Shown: positions 23,473 to 36,636 of the stretch, in pieces
Layout of the letters: every line of letters starts with the position of its first letter
Position numbering within the stretch: position 1 is the stretch's first letter
Source of the DNA: Camelus ferus
Lineage: Eukaryota
Length of the DNA stretch: 64,000 nucleotides
Assembly (NCBI RefSeq): GCF_009834535.1
Contig: NC_045697.1
Span: 79,362,001-79,426,000 of the forward strand
Direction: 5' to 3'
Notes under the pieces: model-generated
What the model saw: the letters and a program-made list of their open reading frames with translations, nothing else
The model's database searches: none
Told to the model about the DNA's origin: nothing
Position numbers and translations under genes: made by a program

Positions 23473-24384
23473 CTAAGGAATTTAAATGCAGAAAAATAAG
23501 AAATTAAAACAGCATTTTTTCTCCTAGGGGAACAAAATCCACAACAATATTTTAAAGCTTAAAAATATTGCCATATTGTACACTTAGTAAATGAATTACA
23601 ACCATGATAAAACAGACTATAAATAGAAATAATTTTTTTTAATTACTAAAAATATTTTCATGGTAAACTTATTATATCAGAAAATTATAAAATATAAAAC
23701 ATCAGATCTTAGACTTAGTGTCTAATAATTAGTTTGGCATCAACACTATGCTTTCATAACCTATAAGGAGTTGGCCTAACACTAAATTGAAAAAAAATCT
23801 TTAAAAATTTAAAAACTGTTGTTGATGACTCATTTATTAACTTTCCTCCTTAGGTACAAGCCATTTTTCATTCTGAATCTTCAAAGAAGTTTCTGATTTT
23901 GTTAATACATCACAAAATCCAACTCCCATCTACTGTAGGGCTCTCCTGGAGCATGTTTTTATTTGCAAAATGTTCTATAATATTGTTTAAACATCTTGAA
24001 TTGTTACAAGGTACTCTATTAACAATACATAATAAAATGCAGGATTAATGATCACATGGACAAAGTTATCTTCTGTAGGGGAAAAACATAAAAAAAAAAT
24101 CAATCCCCAATACTCTTTAAGGCACAAAATTTGTGGATAAGTCTAAGTCAGTGGGCATGTGAAACCTCTGATAAAAAGTATTAGGTATAAAAATGCTCAA
24201 AGGGTCATTCTTTATGATTGGAAACAACTAAATGGTCAATGCTAGAAAAATGACTAAATTATGGTATACCCACACAACATAATATTTAGTGATTAACATA
24301 TTTATGTCAATAGTGATGATTATACAGCCAGCAGTAACATGGGGGAATGATTTATTATAATGCAAAGTTTTTTAAAAAGAGGCA

Positions 24385-26000
24385 CGATATAACCATCATC
24401 AAAAAGTCTACAAATAATAAATGCTGGAGAGAGTGTGGAGAAAAGCAAGCCTCCTGCACGGCTGGTGGGATATAAATTGGTACAGTCACTATGGAGAACA
24501 GTATGGAGCCCCTCAAAAAACTAAAAATAGAGCTACCATATGATCCAGCAATCCCAATCTTGGGTATATATCTGAAAAAAATGAAAACTCTAATTTGATA
24601 CATGCACCTTATCAGACACAAAAATTAACTGCAAATGGATCAAAGACTACAGTTTCACAGATATGTCACCAAAAGCACAAGCAACACAAGAAAAACTAGA
24701 TTAACTGGATTCATCAAAATTATGAACCTCAAAGGACATTATCAAGAAAATGAAAAGACCCATCAAATGGAAGAAAATATTTGCAAATCATATTTCTGAT
24801 AAGAGATTAATATCCAGAATATATAGCGAACTCCTACAACTCAACAACAGAAACAACTCAATTCAAAAATAGGCAAAGGACTTGAATAGGCATTTTTTCA
24901 AAGATAAGTGCATGAAAAGATGCTCAACATCGTTAGTCATTAGGGAAACTCCAATAAGATACCACTTCACACCCAATCATTAAGATAGCTATTATCAAAA
25001 AAACTGAAAAATAACAAGTGTAGATGAAGATGTGGAGAAATCAGAGCCCTTGTACATTGCTGTTGGGAATGTAAAATGGTGCAGCTGCTATGGAAAAGTC
25101 TGGCAGTTCCTCATTAAACACAGAATTACCATCAGACCCAGCAGTTGTATTTCTGGATGTATAATCAAAAAAACAAAAAAACCACCCTGAAAGCAGAGAT
25201 CTGAACATATAATTAATACCAATTTTCATAGCAGCATCATTCACAATAGCTGAGAGGTGGAAACAACCCAAATGTCCATCAACAGATGAGTAGATAAATT
25301 GTGGTATACATATACAATGGAATATTATTTAGCTTTAACAAGGAATAAAATTCTGACACTTTACTACAATATGTACAAACCTTGAAAACACCATGCTAGG
25401 TAAATAAGCCAGACACAGAAGGAAAACTACTGTATGATTCTACTTACATGCAGCACCTATAATAGGCAAATATAGAGACAGAAAGGAGAACAGACGCTAC
25501 CAGGGGCTCAAGGAGAGAGGGGGATGAGGAATTACTGTTTAATAGGTACAAAGTTTCTGTTGGGATGATGAAAAAGTTCTGGAAAAGGACAGGGTGCACT
25601 TGCACTACACCAAGAATGTACTTAAAAAAAAAAAAAAAAAAGTAAAAAGTACTGATGTGCTGCTAATGTGGGTGAACCTCAAAAATGTGCTAAGTGAAAG
25701 AAGCCAGACACAAAAGGTCACATATTGTATGATATGAAAATCGTAAGACTGTATGATATGAAATATCCAGAATAGGTAAATCCATATAGACTGAAAGCAG
25801 ACAGGTGGCTCCCAGGGGCTGGAAGGAGGAGGGAATGGAGAGAAACTGCTAAATGGGTGCAGCTTTATTTTGGGGTGATAAAAATGCTTTGGAACTAGAC
25901 AGAGGTAGTTACTGCACAGCATCATGGGTGTACGAAAATGCCACTGAATTATTCATTTTAAATGGTTAATTTATGTTATGTGAATGACACCTCAACTTTA
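24385..26000 (+). mobile_element. LINE-1 ORF2 C-terminal and 3'UTR fragments (L1MB-like plus a younger piece), intronic
   Basis: Typical L1 ORF2 end (gagctaccatatgatccagcaatccca; aaacaacccaaatgtccatcaacagatga) and two successive L1MB-like 3'UTRs. Confidence 0.85.
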
Positions 26001-26306
26001 AAATATACTAATAATTTAAAAATTTAAAAAAACATGAAGTAGAGCTCTACCATAGGGACATGGGTAACAGAGACATTACAGATTTCTTAAAATTTTAGAG
26101 CAAAAGCAATATACTCACAGGTAAAAGATTCATTTTATTCTTAAATTACAGGGTTCTACTTATCTTTAGGATGAGCACTTTCTAAACACCTCCAATTAAA
26201 AAAAATTTTAGGGCAAGGACTTGGTCTTCTAATATTTTCATTTTCTATCAAACTCCACAGTGTATAATCAATAAATGATCATTCTGTATGAATTCAGCAG
26301 TAGTAC

Positions 26307-26430
26307 CATCAAGCAAAGTCGATCAAAAAGCGTTTGTTCCAATCCATTTTCATGAGCTGCATCAGAACCCTGAATAGTAGGAGGAAGCTGTTTGGGATCT
26401 CCAACAAGAATCAGCTTTTCACACTCAAAC
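26307..26430 (-). CDS. ZGRF1: ZGRF1 exon 24: motif III LILVGDPKQLPPTI...TLFDRLCLM
   Basis: AG/GT flanks, 124 nt, phase 2 to 0. Confidence 0.96.
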
Positions 26431-27084
26431 CTAGAAACAGAATTCTACAAATTAATCGAAGCAATGAGAAAGCATGCACTGACATCATTTATTGCCTTCT
26501 TTTCTAAAATGTATTTCAAAGAATTTGAATACCATTAAGCATTCTGAGAACTAGCAAGGCTTAATATCGCCAACAAGTGTATTAAAGGGCTTTGAAAAGT
26601 TATTCATTGAAGAATCCTTTATAGAACTTAATTTTTTCCCACATAAAACCTAGTAAGTGTCCCTGGCCTCTGCAAGAGATTAGTATTTCAAAGAACACAC
26701 TTTGAGAAATTAAGATTTTTAGAAACTATAAACTTAGAAGCTTTTTCAGAAGTCATTTAGATTCAAGTCTCACTTTAGAGATGAAGTAAATTAGGCTTTT
26801 GGGTTAAATGTCTTTCTAATAGGAGTAGGATGCAGTGGGGAAAAGATTTTATAGAAAAATCTATTTCAAATTTTTAGCTCTATTATATTCTATGGTCAGA
26901 GCAAGTTATTTAATTTCTACAAGCTTTGGTCTTATCAGTAACCTTGATGTAATAATACCTTGCATGGATGTTGTAAGGATTTAACCAAGTATGTAATGTG
27001 TTTAGTATACAGTAGGTGCTCTGCAAGTATTACTCCTCCTCCCCCCTGCGGGGCCTTACTGTTCCTCCATTCCTGGCTCCTGAG

Positions 27085-27199
27085 TAGGGTGACCGACTCA
27101 TCCTGGTTTGCCTAGGACTGTCCCAGTTTAAACACTGAAAGCCCCACAATGCAGGATAATCTCCCAAATTTTGGACACATCATGACAGTTGATACCCTA
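27085..27199. mobile_element. MER94-like hAT MITE
   Basis: Terminal inverted repeats TAGGGTGACC...GATACCCTA; internal ctggtttgcctaggactgtccc. Confidence 0.75.
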
Positions 27200-27808
27200 C
27201 TCTCATTACCTGGGGACAAAACAAGGACTAGAACTCAAGCCTACTGAGTCTGAGTCTAGTATTCCTTCTACTACCTTTAGGATTCCTCAGTAAGAGATGC
27301 TTTAAAAGCACAACATTTCAACTGACTGAGACAGCTTAGAAGATGTCACAGTCTTCTAAATTTTAGTAGACAAATTTTCATTTTCAACTTATTTTCCTTC
27401 ATATATTTTATATCCTTTCATAATCTAAAAAATATTTTTAGAACCTGAACTCTGGAATTATACCAAGGTAAGGCAAATGAAGAATATTCTTCAGCAGTTA
27501 GGTTTGTAAAACTATGACTAAATAAACACCTTCAGCCTGGTTGAAAAATCTGCAAGGTTCTAAGTAGAATTCTAGCAATAGAGCTATCAAAGCTTTAAGG
27601 ATTACGTGATCCAAATATCTAAACTGTGATCTAACAAAATTTTGATACATTAACCCCCCCAAATTTCCCTCTGCATTCTTTTAAAAAATCAGTTTAGTAC
27701 TTGCATTGCTAGGAATTTTTACTTAAGTTTGCTAAGAGTTTGAACTGAGGAAATGTTTGAAAAATTGTTAACATCTGAGTGCTTTGGGAAAAGAACCTTT
27801 CAGGTTAC

Positions 27809-27936
27809 CTTGCAATGGGAAGGAGAGACGCTGGCTCAGTTATTTGACTGCACTCATCCAGTACAACCACAGGAAATTTAAGATCATTCATGCATGGAAA
27901 CGGGCAGGCTGCACAGGTAACTCCAACTACTCGAAC
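27809..27936 (-). CDS. ZGRF1: ZGRF1 exon 23: Walker B region VVVLDECSQITEP
   Basis: AG/GT flanks, 128 nt, phase 0 to 2; acceptor unusually A-rich. Confidence 0.94.
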
Positions 27937-29642
27937 CTTTTTTACAATATAAATATTCATTATAACTACTAAAAAAATAAGAGACTATATTTACCAAAGA
28001 ACTTGTAGGCTAAAATCAGAAATCAGCTAGTCCTAATTTAATTACTGGCAATCTGAAATCACAGACCATTTTATCACCACCTTTTCATTATTCTCACATA
28101 AACAGAAATCACAGGATTCAGACTACTTAGGCCACAAGTCCATTAATAAGGACAAATAAAAGACGTATTTGATACTCAGAAGAAAGGTATTATAATGTCA
28201 TGGGTTTAAAAATATCAAGAATAACAGACCAATTTTATCCTTCTGGATGAGGCTGAGTAATAACATGCATTATTATCAACACAGGCCAAAGTTCTCCACA
28301 AAGAACACTGAACATGCTAGTGAACCACGTGCATTTTCTTAACCTTCAAGCACATTGGTATTTTGACTTATTTAAGGTAAAGATGGCTAATTAATTAATA
28401 ACAATAGTAAATTAAAGTGTAATTGTAGCCTGTAAGTTTATTTGAATCTTGTAAGTCTTTAATATTACAGTAGAATACCATTCTCAAAGCAAAAAGCCTG
28501 AGAAAGCTAATACTTAACCTCTGGGACTAAATATAAACAAGAGGAAAATCAGTGACTTTTCCAGTTGGATGTGGTCATTGGCCTAGTATCCAGTATCTAC
28601 ACAAATACACACACACGTAACTGTGTGTGTATATGTATACAATATGTGTATACACACACACATACTTTTTCCTCCTCTAACAATCTGAAATATAGTTACA
28701 ATTCCTTGGTAGCAAGGCCAGGCCACACAAAGTGACTGTATCTTTTGTCAATAAATGTGATTGACAAACTAGGCTTTAATAATTAAATACGACCTCTATA
28801 GATCATGTGAAGAAAATATTATAGTAATAAAGAACACTTATCACATACAATAGCCCTCTGTCAGGTTTTCCTTCTTCTGCTAAAAACAAAAACAAAAATC
28901 CTAAAGCTACACTTATATTAGAAACCCCAGTTTTTAAACATTCAGTTCTTTTAAAATGATCTAGCAGAAGACAGACACCCCTGTAGCAATATACACTGCT
29001 CTTGATACCACCCTCATATCATTTGTATCTGATTTCTGGTAACTATAGCTGACAAAACCACTTTAGAATGAGAACCTCAAAGTTGTGTTCAATAAGTAAT
29101 TTATTTAAAGAAATATCTAATAAAAAAACCTAAAGAAATAAATTTTTCTTTAAAATACATTATTTGTATCTTTTAATTTATCATATTGCTAAGAGTCTAA
29201 CAGCAAAAGAGATTTTTATTATTGATCTAAGAAGGAGTATGAACTATGTAGCATTTTTATAAATTAGTTTTATTGTATAGACGTATCACTTTAGGAATGT
29301 GTCAGGTCTGAATGCCTAATTGGACTGTGGAAATTTGCTAGAGAAAATGTTTTAAAAAATGTTTCTTCTAAAAGAGTTTCCATTTATGAATAGGTGATAC
29401 CAATGAGCAATAGATTATAGTAACTGGGCTTTCACTTAGAAAATTATCAAAGAAACCATAACAATTCTTACATATCAATATTATGTTGGGTAAGGATGTA
29501 AGCAGTTTACATAAGTGACTAATTTGCATTAACTGAACATAGTCAAACTAAGCCCTTTTGGATTTGGCTGGGGAGAAGGGAGGAAAGTTAACTCTGTAAA
29601 TCAGATAATAAAACGCTAGTCTGAGGACTTCTAGAACTTGTC

Positions 29643-30050
29643 ATAGATTGGTTATTATTACCAATTTCTCCCTCCCTCTCCACGAGAGTACTACTCACCC
29701 ACACCCTTTGCTATGTGACTTTGCAGTGCTTCCCACCAGAAAAGTAGGTGCAGTATATTTTGCTGCCCAACTGATGCTGGGCTTGGTCATATGACTTACT
29801 ACGTTACAGCAAATGGAATGTTAGCAGACATGATATGAACAGAAGCTTTACAGGTATTTGTGTGACCTAGCCTGCCCTCTTGCCCTTCTGCTGTCAGAAG
29901 GCCATCATGCCACAACTGTTCTCAGAATGAGCAGCTTGACCCATACTCTCAAGTGAGCCAAACCAATTGACCCTGCAGAGCCATTAAGTTTGTTGTCTTA
30001 AGTACTGAGATTTTGTTTGTTCAGTAGCATTATTTTAGCTGACCAAAACA
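29643..30050 (+). mobile_element. MLT1-type MaLR solo LTR (old)
   Basis: gggcttggtcatatgactt...aatggaatgttagcagacatga...ttaagtactgagatttt...tttgtt...agctgaccaaaaca. Confidence 0.7.
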
Positions 30051-30787
30051 GGGTCCCAGGCAGGTAGATTGTCCCAAATCTCTTTCCGAAAGTGACCAAT
30101 GTCCACATGGTCCAACTGGCCAACAACCCTCTTTTCCTCCACTCCTTTTCTTTTCCCCATGCTGTCCTTTCACGGGAAGAAGCTACTAAGTGACTTCTTT
30201 CTCTCCTACCAGCTGATGCCCAGGTTGGCCTAGATCAGAACTTCATAAAGGAGATGATGCTACTTGCTGTAGACTGGGATCCTGTTTCCAGTGTTGGCTC
30301 CTGATACCTGGAAACAAGTGTCTGAGCCTCCTAGATTCTTGGGATAGATTTCAGACAGACCCTTAAAGTCCTGATTTTGTAGCAGAGCATGAAAGATAAA
30401 TTTCACTTGGATATTTGGCCCAGTGTCAGTTTTTCTTCCTCTATATTTCCTAGAAAAAAGCCAAGTTACATTTAACTTGCCGGGAATCTATTTTCACCTT
30501 TTTACTTTCCTCTTAAGCCTACAAATGATACACATATAGGGAGAAAGAGAAAAGATGACTCTGTCATGATGAGTTGGATGTGTTCACAGTCAAAGAATGC
30601 TTTGCAATAAAACAAAACGTGCACTAGACAGACATCTGCACACCTTAGTTGAATCTAAGTTATCACAGTCATGTTTATGTCAAGGAAACAAATAGGAATA
30701 ATATTCCCATCAATAGGAGTGAAAAAGGAATCTGTAACAGTATATATAGATTAAATAAAATAAGTTTAAAGAGCTATTTCCCCTCAC

Positions 30788-30935
30788 CTGCTTCAGCAGG
30801 GTTTTATTGGTCCCCAGTTTATGCTGCTCAATACTTTTTCTCACATAGACTCTTTCCATAGGAGTCAGGTCTTCCTTCATTAGTGCATGCAGTTCTTTTA
30901 ATTGTTCACTTTCATTTTCTGAGCCAGCATGCAAG
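30788..30935 (-). CDS. ZGRF1: ZGRF1 exon 22: LHAGSENESEQLKEL...TLLKQ
   Basis: AG/GT flanks, 148 nt, phase 2 to 0. Confidence 0.95.
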
Positions 30936-31122
30936 CTAAAAAAAGAATTACATAAAAGAATACCCCTTTATCCATTTTAATAGCAAGTAAATACAGATTT
31001 TCTAAATTAGTCAAGAAAAAGATAAGGCCTTCTTGACTCCTCTTCAAAAACCAAATTTAAGGTAAGAGTTGTATAACATCATATGTGACCATTCTGTGAC
31101 TTTTAGAATTCCGGATTCTCAC

Positions 31123-31200
31123 CTGTAAGGTAAAACCGGCTTGGCAATCTTCCTGATACTCCCAACTCTGACAAACTTTTCAAATCCAAGACTAAGAAGC
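31123..31200 (-). CDS. ZGRF1: ZGRF1 exon 21: LLSLGFEKFVRVGSIRKIAKPVLPY
   Basis: AG/GT flanks, 78 nt, phase 2 to 2. Confidence 0.95.
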
Positions 31201-33136
31201 CTTTAAAGAAAACAAGGTAAAATAGATTCTGATTATTTAGAAAGTAGAGTATAAAACAAAATTTCATATAATATTTACATTACTAGAATCAATTTTGTGT
31301 AACGGTATATTTTATTGTTACATAGTTCAATGTCAAATGCCTAAACTCAAAAGTAAATGCAATGTAGCTGAAAGACTTATAAAATGCATTTCATAGACAG
31401 TTTTTAAATATGTATTATCTTATGTTGAGGGCTCATTAAATGTTCATAAAATATAGATGTTAGTATTTTATCACAAATAAAATTACCCCTAAAGACATAA
31501 TGTGAAAGAACTATCATATATTTAGCATCAAGTTTGGTATAAGAGTGTTAGCCTCTTTACATACATTATCTTAATACTCATTACAGCTCTACATAGTTTT
31601 TCATCTTAGAGATGAGAACACTGAAACTCAGAAATCAGGTATTTTGCTGAGGCCACACAGCTAACAAGTGGAGTCAGCCATTGATTCTAAGCTAGGCAAG
31701 TCTGTCTACCCCCAAAGGCTATCTGTGATGATTCTTCTACATACATTACCCCCAAGTAAGGCTTTGTAAAGAAGCAAACCCTCACCCTGCCCTTCCCTCT
31801 TATGTATCTTATAGCTCTAGCTATAAATATAAATGAATCACTATGCTGTATACCAGAAATTAATACAACATTGTAAATTGACTAAACTTCAATTAAAAAA
31901 AAAATTAATCTCAGGCCAAGCAATCTACAGTTCTCTCCTGTTTAGTCCCCAGGTTAACTCTTCATTGTCTTGAATCAAAAAATGTCCTCAGCCACTACTT
32001 TAGATTACTTAGAAGAGTACACACAAGTAGTACCTTTCCGGAGGGCAATCTTGCAAAGTACATTAAGAAATTTAAAAATGTTCATATCTTTCATTGTAGG
32101 CCTAGGACTTTTTCCTCAGAAAAGAATCAGAAACAAAGACAAAGATTTATGTTTAAGGATCTTCGTCACAGTATTATTTAAAATGAGAAAAATTTGGGAA
32201 GAACTTAGTGATCAAAAATCGCTTAAAATATAGCAGAGGCAAAATCACTGCACATAACAGAGCTATGAAAGTTTGCTTTCTAAGAAGATTTAATATGATA
32301 GAGAAATAATCTTTGAATAAAAAGAGCAAGATACAAACAATATATACTGTTAAGTACCAAGTTTGGAAAACAAAACGAGTGTGTATGTGTATAAAAAGTC
32401 TTTAATAATATAATAAAATAGTATCTGTACTGTCTGCATATTTTCCACTGTAAGCATTAACCTATATAATTATAAAAGTTAATTTTAAAAAGCCTACACT
32501 TATAAATAATAGATTATTTCTCCTAATCAAACTTTGTTGTTTATGTTGAAATTCAGATCAGTAAATACTGGAATACCGGTAAAACATTATATAATATTTG
32601 TAATCAAATCTTACATAATCACAAAAATTTTACACCTGCAGAACAGATTGTGCTATTGTTTTTCATGCAACAGTAATAGGCTAACTGATTAGTTTGTAAG
32701 TAGGATAAAGTCAAATATAAAACCTCACAATTTCAGCACAAGGATGGGGCAAAGTTAAAATTAAAGGTAGATCTCTCTTATTGAAATCAAAAACAATTAA
32801 ATTTTTCTTCAGCTATTTTAGTATTATTTGTTCATACAGGCAGGTGGACAAGAGAATAACCTGTAACTTGGTTCTGCGATCTTAGCCTGCTTCCAAGGTT
32901 CCTGGGTCAGAGACAAAGGGCTTTTACTCAGGGCCCAGGAAGCAGCATAAGAAGCATCAACATAACAGCAGTGTTTCCCTTGGTCCCCAAGTCTTGTAAG
33001 GAGACACAGAGTCCAGCTGGATGCCTGTCCTGCAGTGGAATGAGCTGTAGGGAAGGAACACTGAGTGTGGGGATCCACTGTTTTTATACCAATAGCCTAA
33101 AACATTTAGCTACATAAATACACCTGCCATACCTAC

Positions 33137-33296
33137 CCAAGAAGTACTCTGTCGACGGCTACATTAGTTGAAGAAGAAATTAAAAGTTTCCATGGTCTTT
33201 TATTTTCAACTGTGAGAGCTTCACTCTTTTCAAATAGCTGCACAAAAAACAAAACCACCACTGCCAGCAAATAACTCTTTCCTGCTCCAAAAACAC
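33137..33296 (-). CDS. ZGRF1: ZGRF1 exon 20: Walker A (H)GVFGAGKS and motif Ia SSSTNVAVD
   Basis: AG/GT flanks, 160 nt, phase 1 to 2. Confidence 0.96.
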
Positions 33297-34385
33297 CTAA
33301 TTATATTGAGGGAAGGGGAAAAAATAAAGGCAATGTCATAAATTTCTGAAAAGCACAAGAAATATTTCACCCACCTATCTCCCTCTCTCCTTCATTTAAT
33401 TAATTTATTAAAACAAATTAACGGAATGCCTACTATATGGCTTAATTAGCACAAGGGATAATAAATACGAAGATAAATATTCAAAAGACTTTACATTTAA
33501 TGAGACCATAGTCTACTTAGGAAGATATCAAGTAAAGAACAATGATAAAATGATACAGTAACATTGTTATGGTATCAGAGAAAGAACATTTCCCTCTGCT
33601 TTGGTGGAGATGAGAATGCCTCCTAAAAATAAAAAAGTAGCAGAACTAAGTCTTTCAGAGTAAGACATCCTGACTCTTTAAGAAAGGATCATTCTAGGCA
33701 GAGGCCTGACAAAGCATGCAGCTGATGAGTATTTCTAGACAGCCTACACAGCAAATAGGCAAGAGACGAGGCTGTCTGACAAGGGAGGCAAAGGGATAAA
33801 TCACAAGAGTTCTGCTGGCTATGGCTGCAAGTTTGAATTCTATTTTAAAGGCCAGGGGAAGTCAGTGAAGGATATTAAGCAATGGAACTGACTTAATCAG
33901 ACTGTGTTTTAGAATTCTAGAGTGAAAATAAGAAGAAAGGTAAAACTAAAGGAGGATCAATTAGAAAGCTGTGTGAGCTAATTGTACCAATAATACATAT
34001 TAACTTTACTAAGCACCTCTCATGTGCCAGGCACCATTCTAACCCTTTACCTATGTTAATGCATTTAATCCTCCACAACTATGAGAGACAGGTGCTATTA
34101 TCAAACCCCATTTTTCAGAGTAGAAAATTAAAGCTAAGAGATAAGTAACCTGCCTAAGATCTTAGGGCTAATGAAGGACAGAACCAGGATATAAATCCAG
34201 GATTCTAGCTCTAGTACCCACACTCTCACCAGCGAGGCTATAGGGAGGTATGATAAAGGCTTGAATTGAGGGGGTACAAATGAACCTGTATGAAAAATAC
34301 GTAGAAACTAGAAGGGACATCTCAGTGACTGATCTGATGGGGGAAGATAAATAGAGATGGAGGAGGATCAAGAGAAAATCACTTA

Positions 34386-34488
34386 GGTGGGGAGGGTATA
34401 GCTCAGCAGTAGAGCACATGCTTAGCATGCACAAGGTCCTGGGTTCAATCCCAGTACCTCTATTAAAAAAATAATTTTTTTTTTAAAA
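34386..34488 (+). mobile_element. tRNA-derived camelid-type SINE
   Basis: A and B boxes. 16-bp TSD aagagaaaRtcactta at 34370-34385 and 34489-34504. Confidence 0.9.
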
Positions 34489-35189
34489 AAGAGAAAGTCA
34501 CTTACTCTTGGGACAAAGAATAATCTAGGATGATGCCCAAGTGTCTAGCTTGGTCAACAGGCTGGATGTGATGCAAATCCTCAAAACAGCTTTGGGGAAG
34601 AGGTCTGTGAGTGGAAATGAGCTAAAGAGGTAACAGAATCCTAAAAATAAACAGAAGAATTAGCTCTACAGAGGAGAAAGTAAAGCTCCCTCATTGGGAC
34701 AGAACCAAAAGAGTAAAAATAGGTCCACACTTAGGTAAGTTGGAGAAGGAAGACAGGACATGGAAAAGAGTTTCTGTTATGAACTCCATTTCCTGTTTTA
34801 GAGGCGAGATCAATCTCAGAGAGAGAGAGTGGGGTAGGACAGGGATGGGGTTATGAGAACAATGAAGATCTGGAACAGCTACTATATGAAGGATAGAGGA
34901 GTGAGCTGACTAGGAATTAATTAATAGAGAGCACACAGATGTTTAGATCAAATCTGGATGCTTTGAAAATGAGAGTAAAATGCTACTCATTCATCAGATA
35001 TGATGCCTGTTCTCCCTTTTAGGGTGCTGAGTTGTGCTCTCATCTAATAGTTTACTAAGGTGGGTTCAGATTCAAAAAAATCTAGTTACTCTGGAATCTT
35101 GTTTGACTAGGAAATTACAAAGGAGCAGACTGGGTTACAATAGCTTATATAACCATGTGTTTACTACAATTTTCCTTTTTGCTTCTTAC

Positions 35190-35452
35190 CATGTATGATC
35201 GTGATCGGGAGGGTGTGAACTCCCAGTTCTGTCACTTCTTCCATACTTTCGTGTGATGCCATCATCTGAGCTATCCGAATCAGAGCTGTAGCTTGATCTT
35301 TGTTTAACTTGTGTGCCTGAATTAACTCACTAGCTAACTGCAATGTTGCTCCTAGACTGAGTAGTTCAGATTTTGTGTTAATATTTGAGAAGGCTGGTGG
35401 GATAAACTTTCTCTTATTGACTCTCTTGTTGCTCTCTGTAGTTGATGAAGAC
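35190..35452 (-). CDS. ZGRF1: ZGRF1 exon 19, includes Q-motif region LNKDQATAL...PITIIH
   Basis: AG/GT flanks, 263 nt, phase 2 to 1. Confidence 0.94.
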
Positions 35453-36521
35453 CTAGTAAAAAGGCAACAAATAAAAAAAAATTTTTTTAATGAGGGGCTT
35501 TTAAAATAGGTGAGTAGATCTATTCATAATTTAGCCTTCACTTTATAAACAACACAGAGAACATTTTTTGCAGACACAAATGGATATATACTCCTATTTG
35601 GAGGAAGGAAGAAGAGAAGAGAACTAATATTTGTTGAAAACGTACTATGTGCTGGCATTATGCTAAGCATCTTATTACTCGACATAATCTTCACAACAAC
35701 ACTAAGAAGTAGTTAATTACCTCACATAGAGACACAGAAATATTAACATTTTTTCCCAAGAAACCACCTAGCCAATAAGTGGTATACTGACTTTAAGGCC
35801 CATGTTCTAGTATACAAAACTGACTTAGATAAAATATAGCCTCCATTTCAGGTAAATCTGCAATAAATTGGTCTTATTTCTATTTCTATTAAGGCTGAAT
35901 TCATTTCAAAGTAGATAAAGAACATAAGGGATATTTATTTTTTACCTAGGACTTCCTTATGGTGAAAAAAAAAGAAAACACTGCAAGTCAGATTATAACA
36001 TTCCAAATTAAAAACTAGACTTTTCTATCATTTTAATGAATTCAACACAACATCACTTCCAATTTTTAAAAAGGGGACATGGTGCTTGAGAAATTAAAAA
36101 TGAGATATAGGTTATGTCAAGAATAAAATTAGTATAATATATATACTGGATTCAACCTCTAAAATGACTCTTTTAAATGTTAAATAATTTGTGGCATAAA
36201 AGTACAAGTAAATAGAAAAATAAAATCAACAATCCAAAGATCCTTAACAAATTATTCCATGATGAAGACAATCTGCAGTAACACTAGGCCCCAACCACAA
36301 TAGCTAGTTAGCTAGATAGCTAGGGGAATGGGTAAGTTGTTGGGACATGGTATGTATTCCCTTTCTTTTTATTTTTAACTACTGACAATCAGTACTCTCA
36401 TAATCTCTGAAAGAAAATAAACACTTTGTTGGCAAAAATTTATGTAATGTAATTCTATTGCAATTTCACTATTAGTCACTATTTTTTAATATCAATGACC
36501 CAAAGGTAAGTAATGACTTAC

Positions 36522-36636
36522 ATTGTTAACAGGTATTGTGTTAGAGGTAGAGTAGCTGGATTAAAGTAGTCTTGAATGTTTTTCAAAGTGGTCAGCTCTG
36601 TGCTAGCATTACAAACCAGTAATGCATGGACCACTG
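36522..36636 (-). CDS. ZGRF1: ZGRF1 exon 18: VVHALLVCNASTELTTLKNIQDYFNP...
   Basis: CAGCAG tandem acceptor, GTAAGT donor; 115 nt (or 112 nt), phase 1 to 2. Confidence 0.93.

Noticed and set aside
28605..28665. (CA)n/(TG)n inverted arrangement as a structured ncRNA hairpin
   Set aside because: Low-complexity microsatellite turnover explains it.
33230..33275. Hydrophobic stretch YLLAVVVLFFVQLF as a transmembrane helix
   Set aside because: It directly follows Walker A and corresponds to a core helix of the helicase RecA-like domain.
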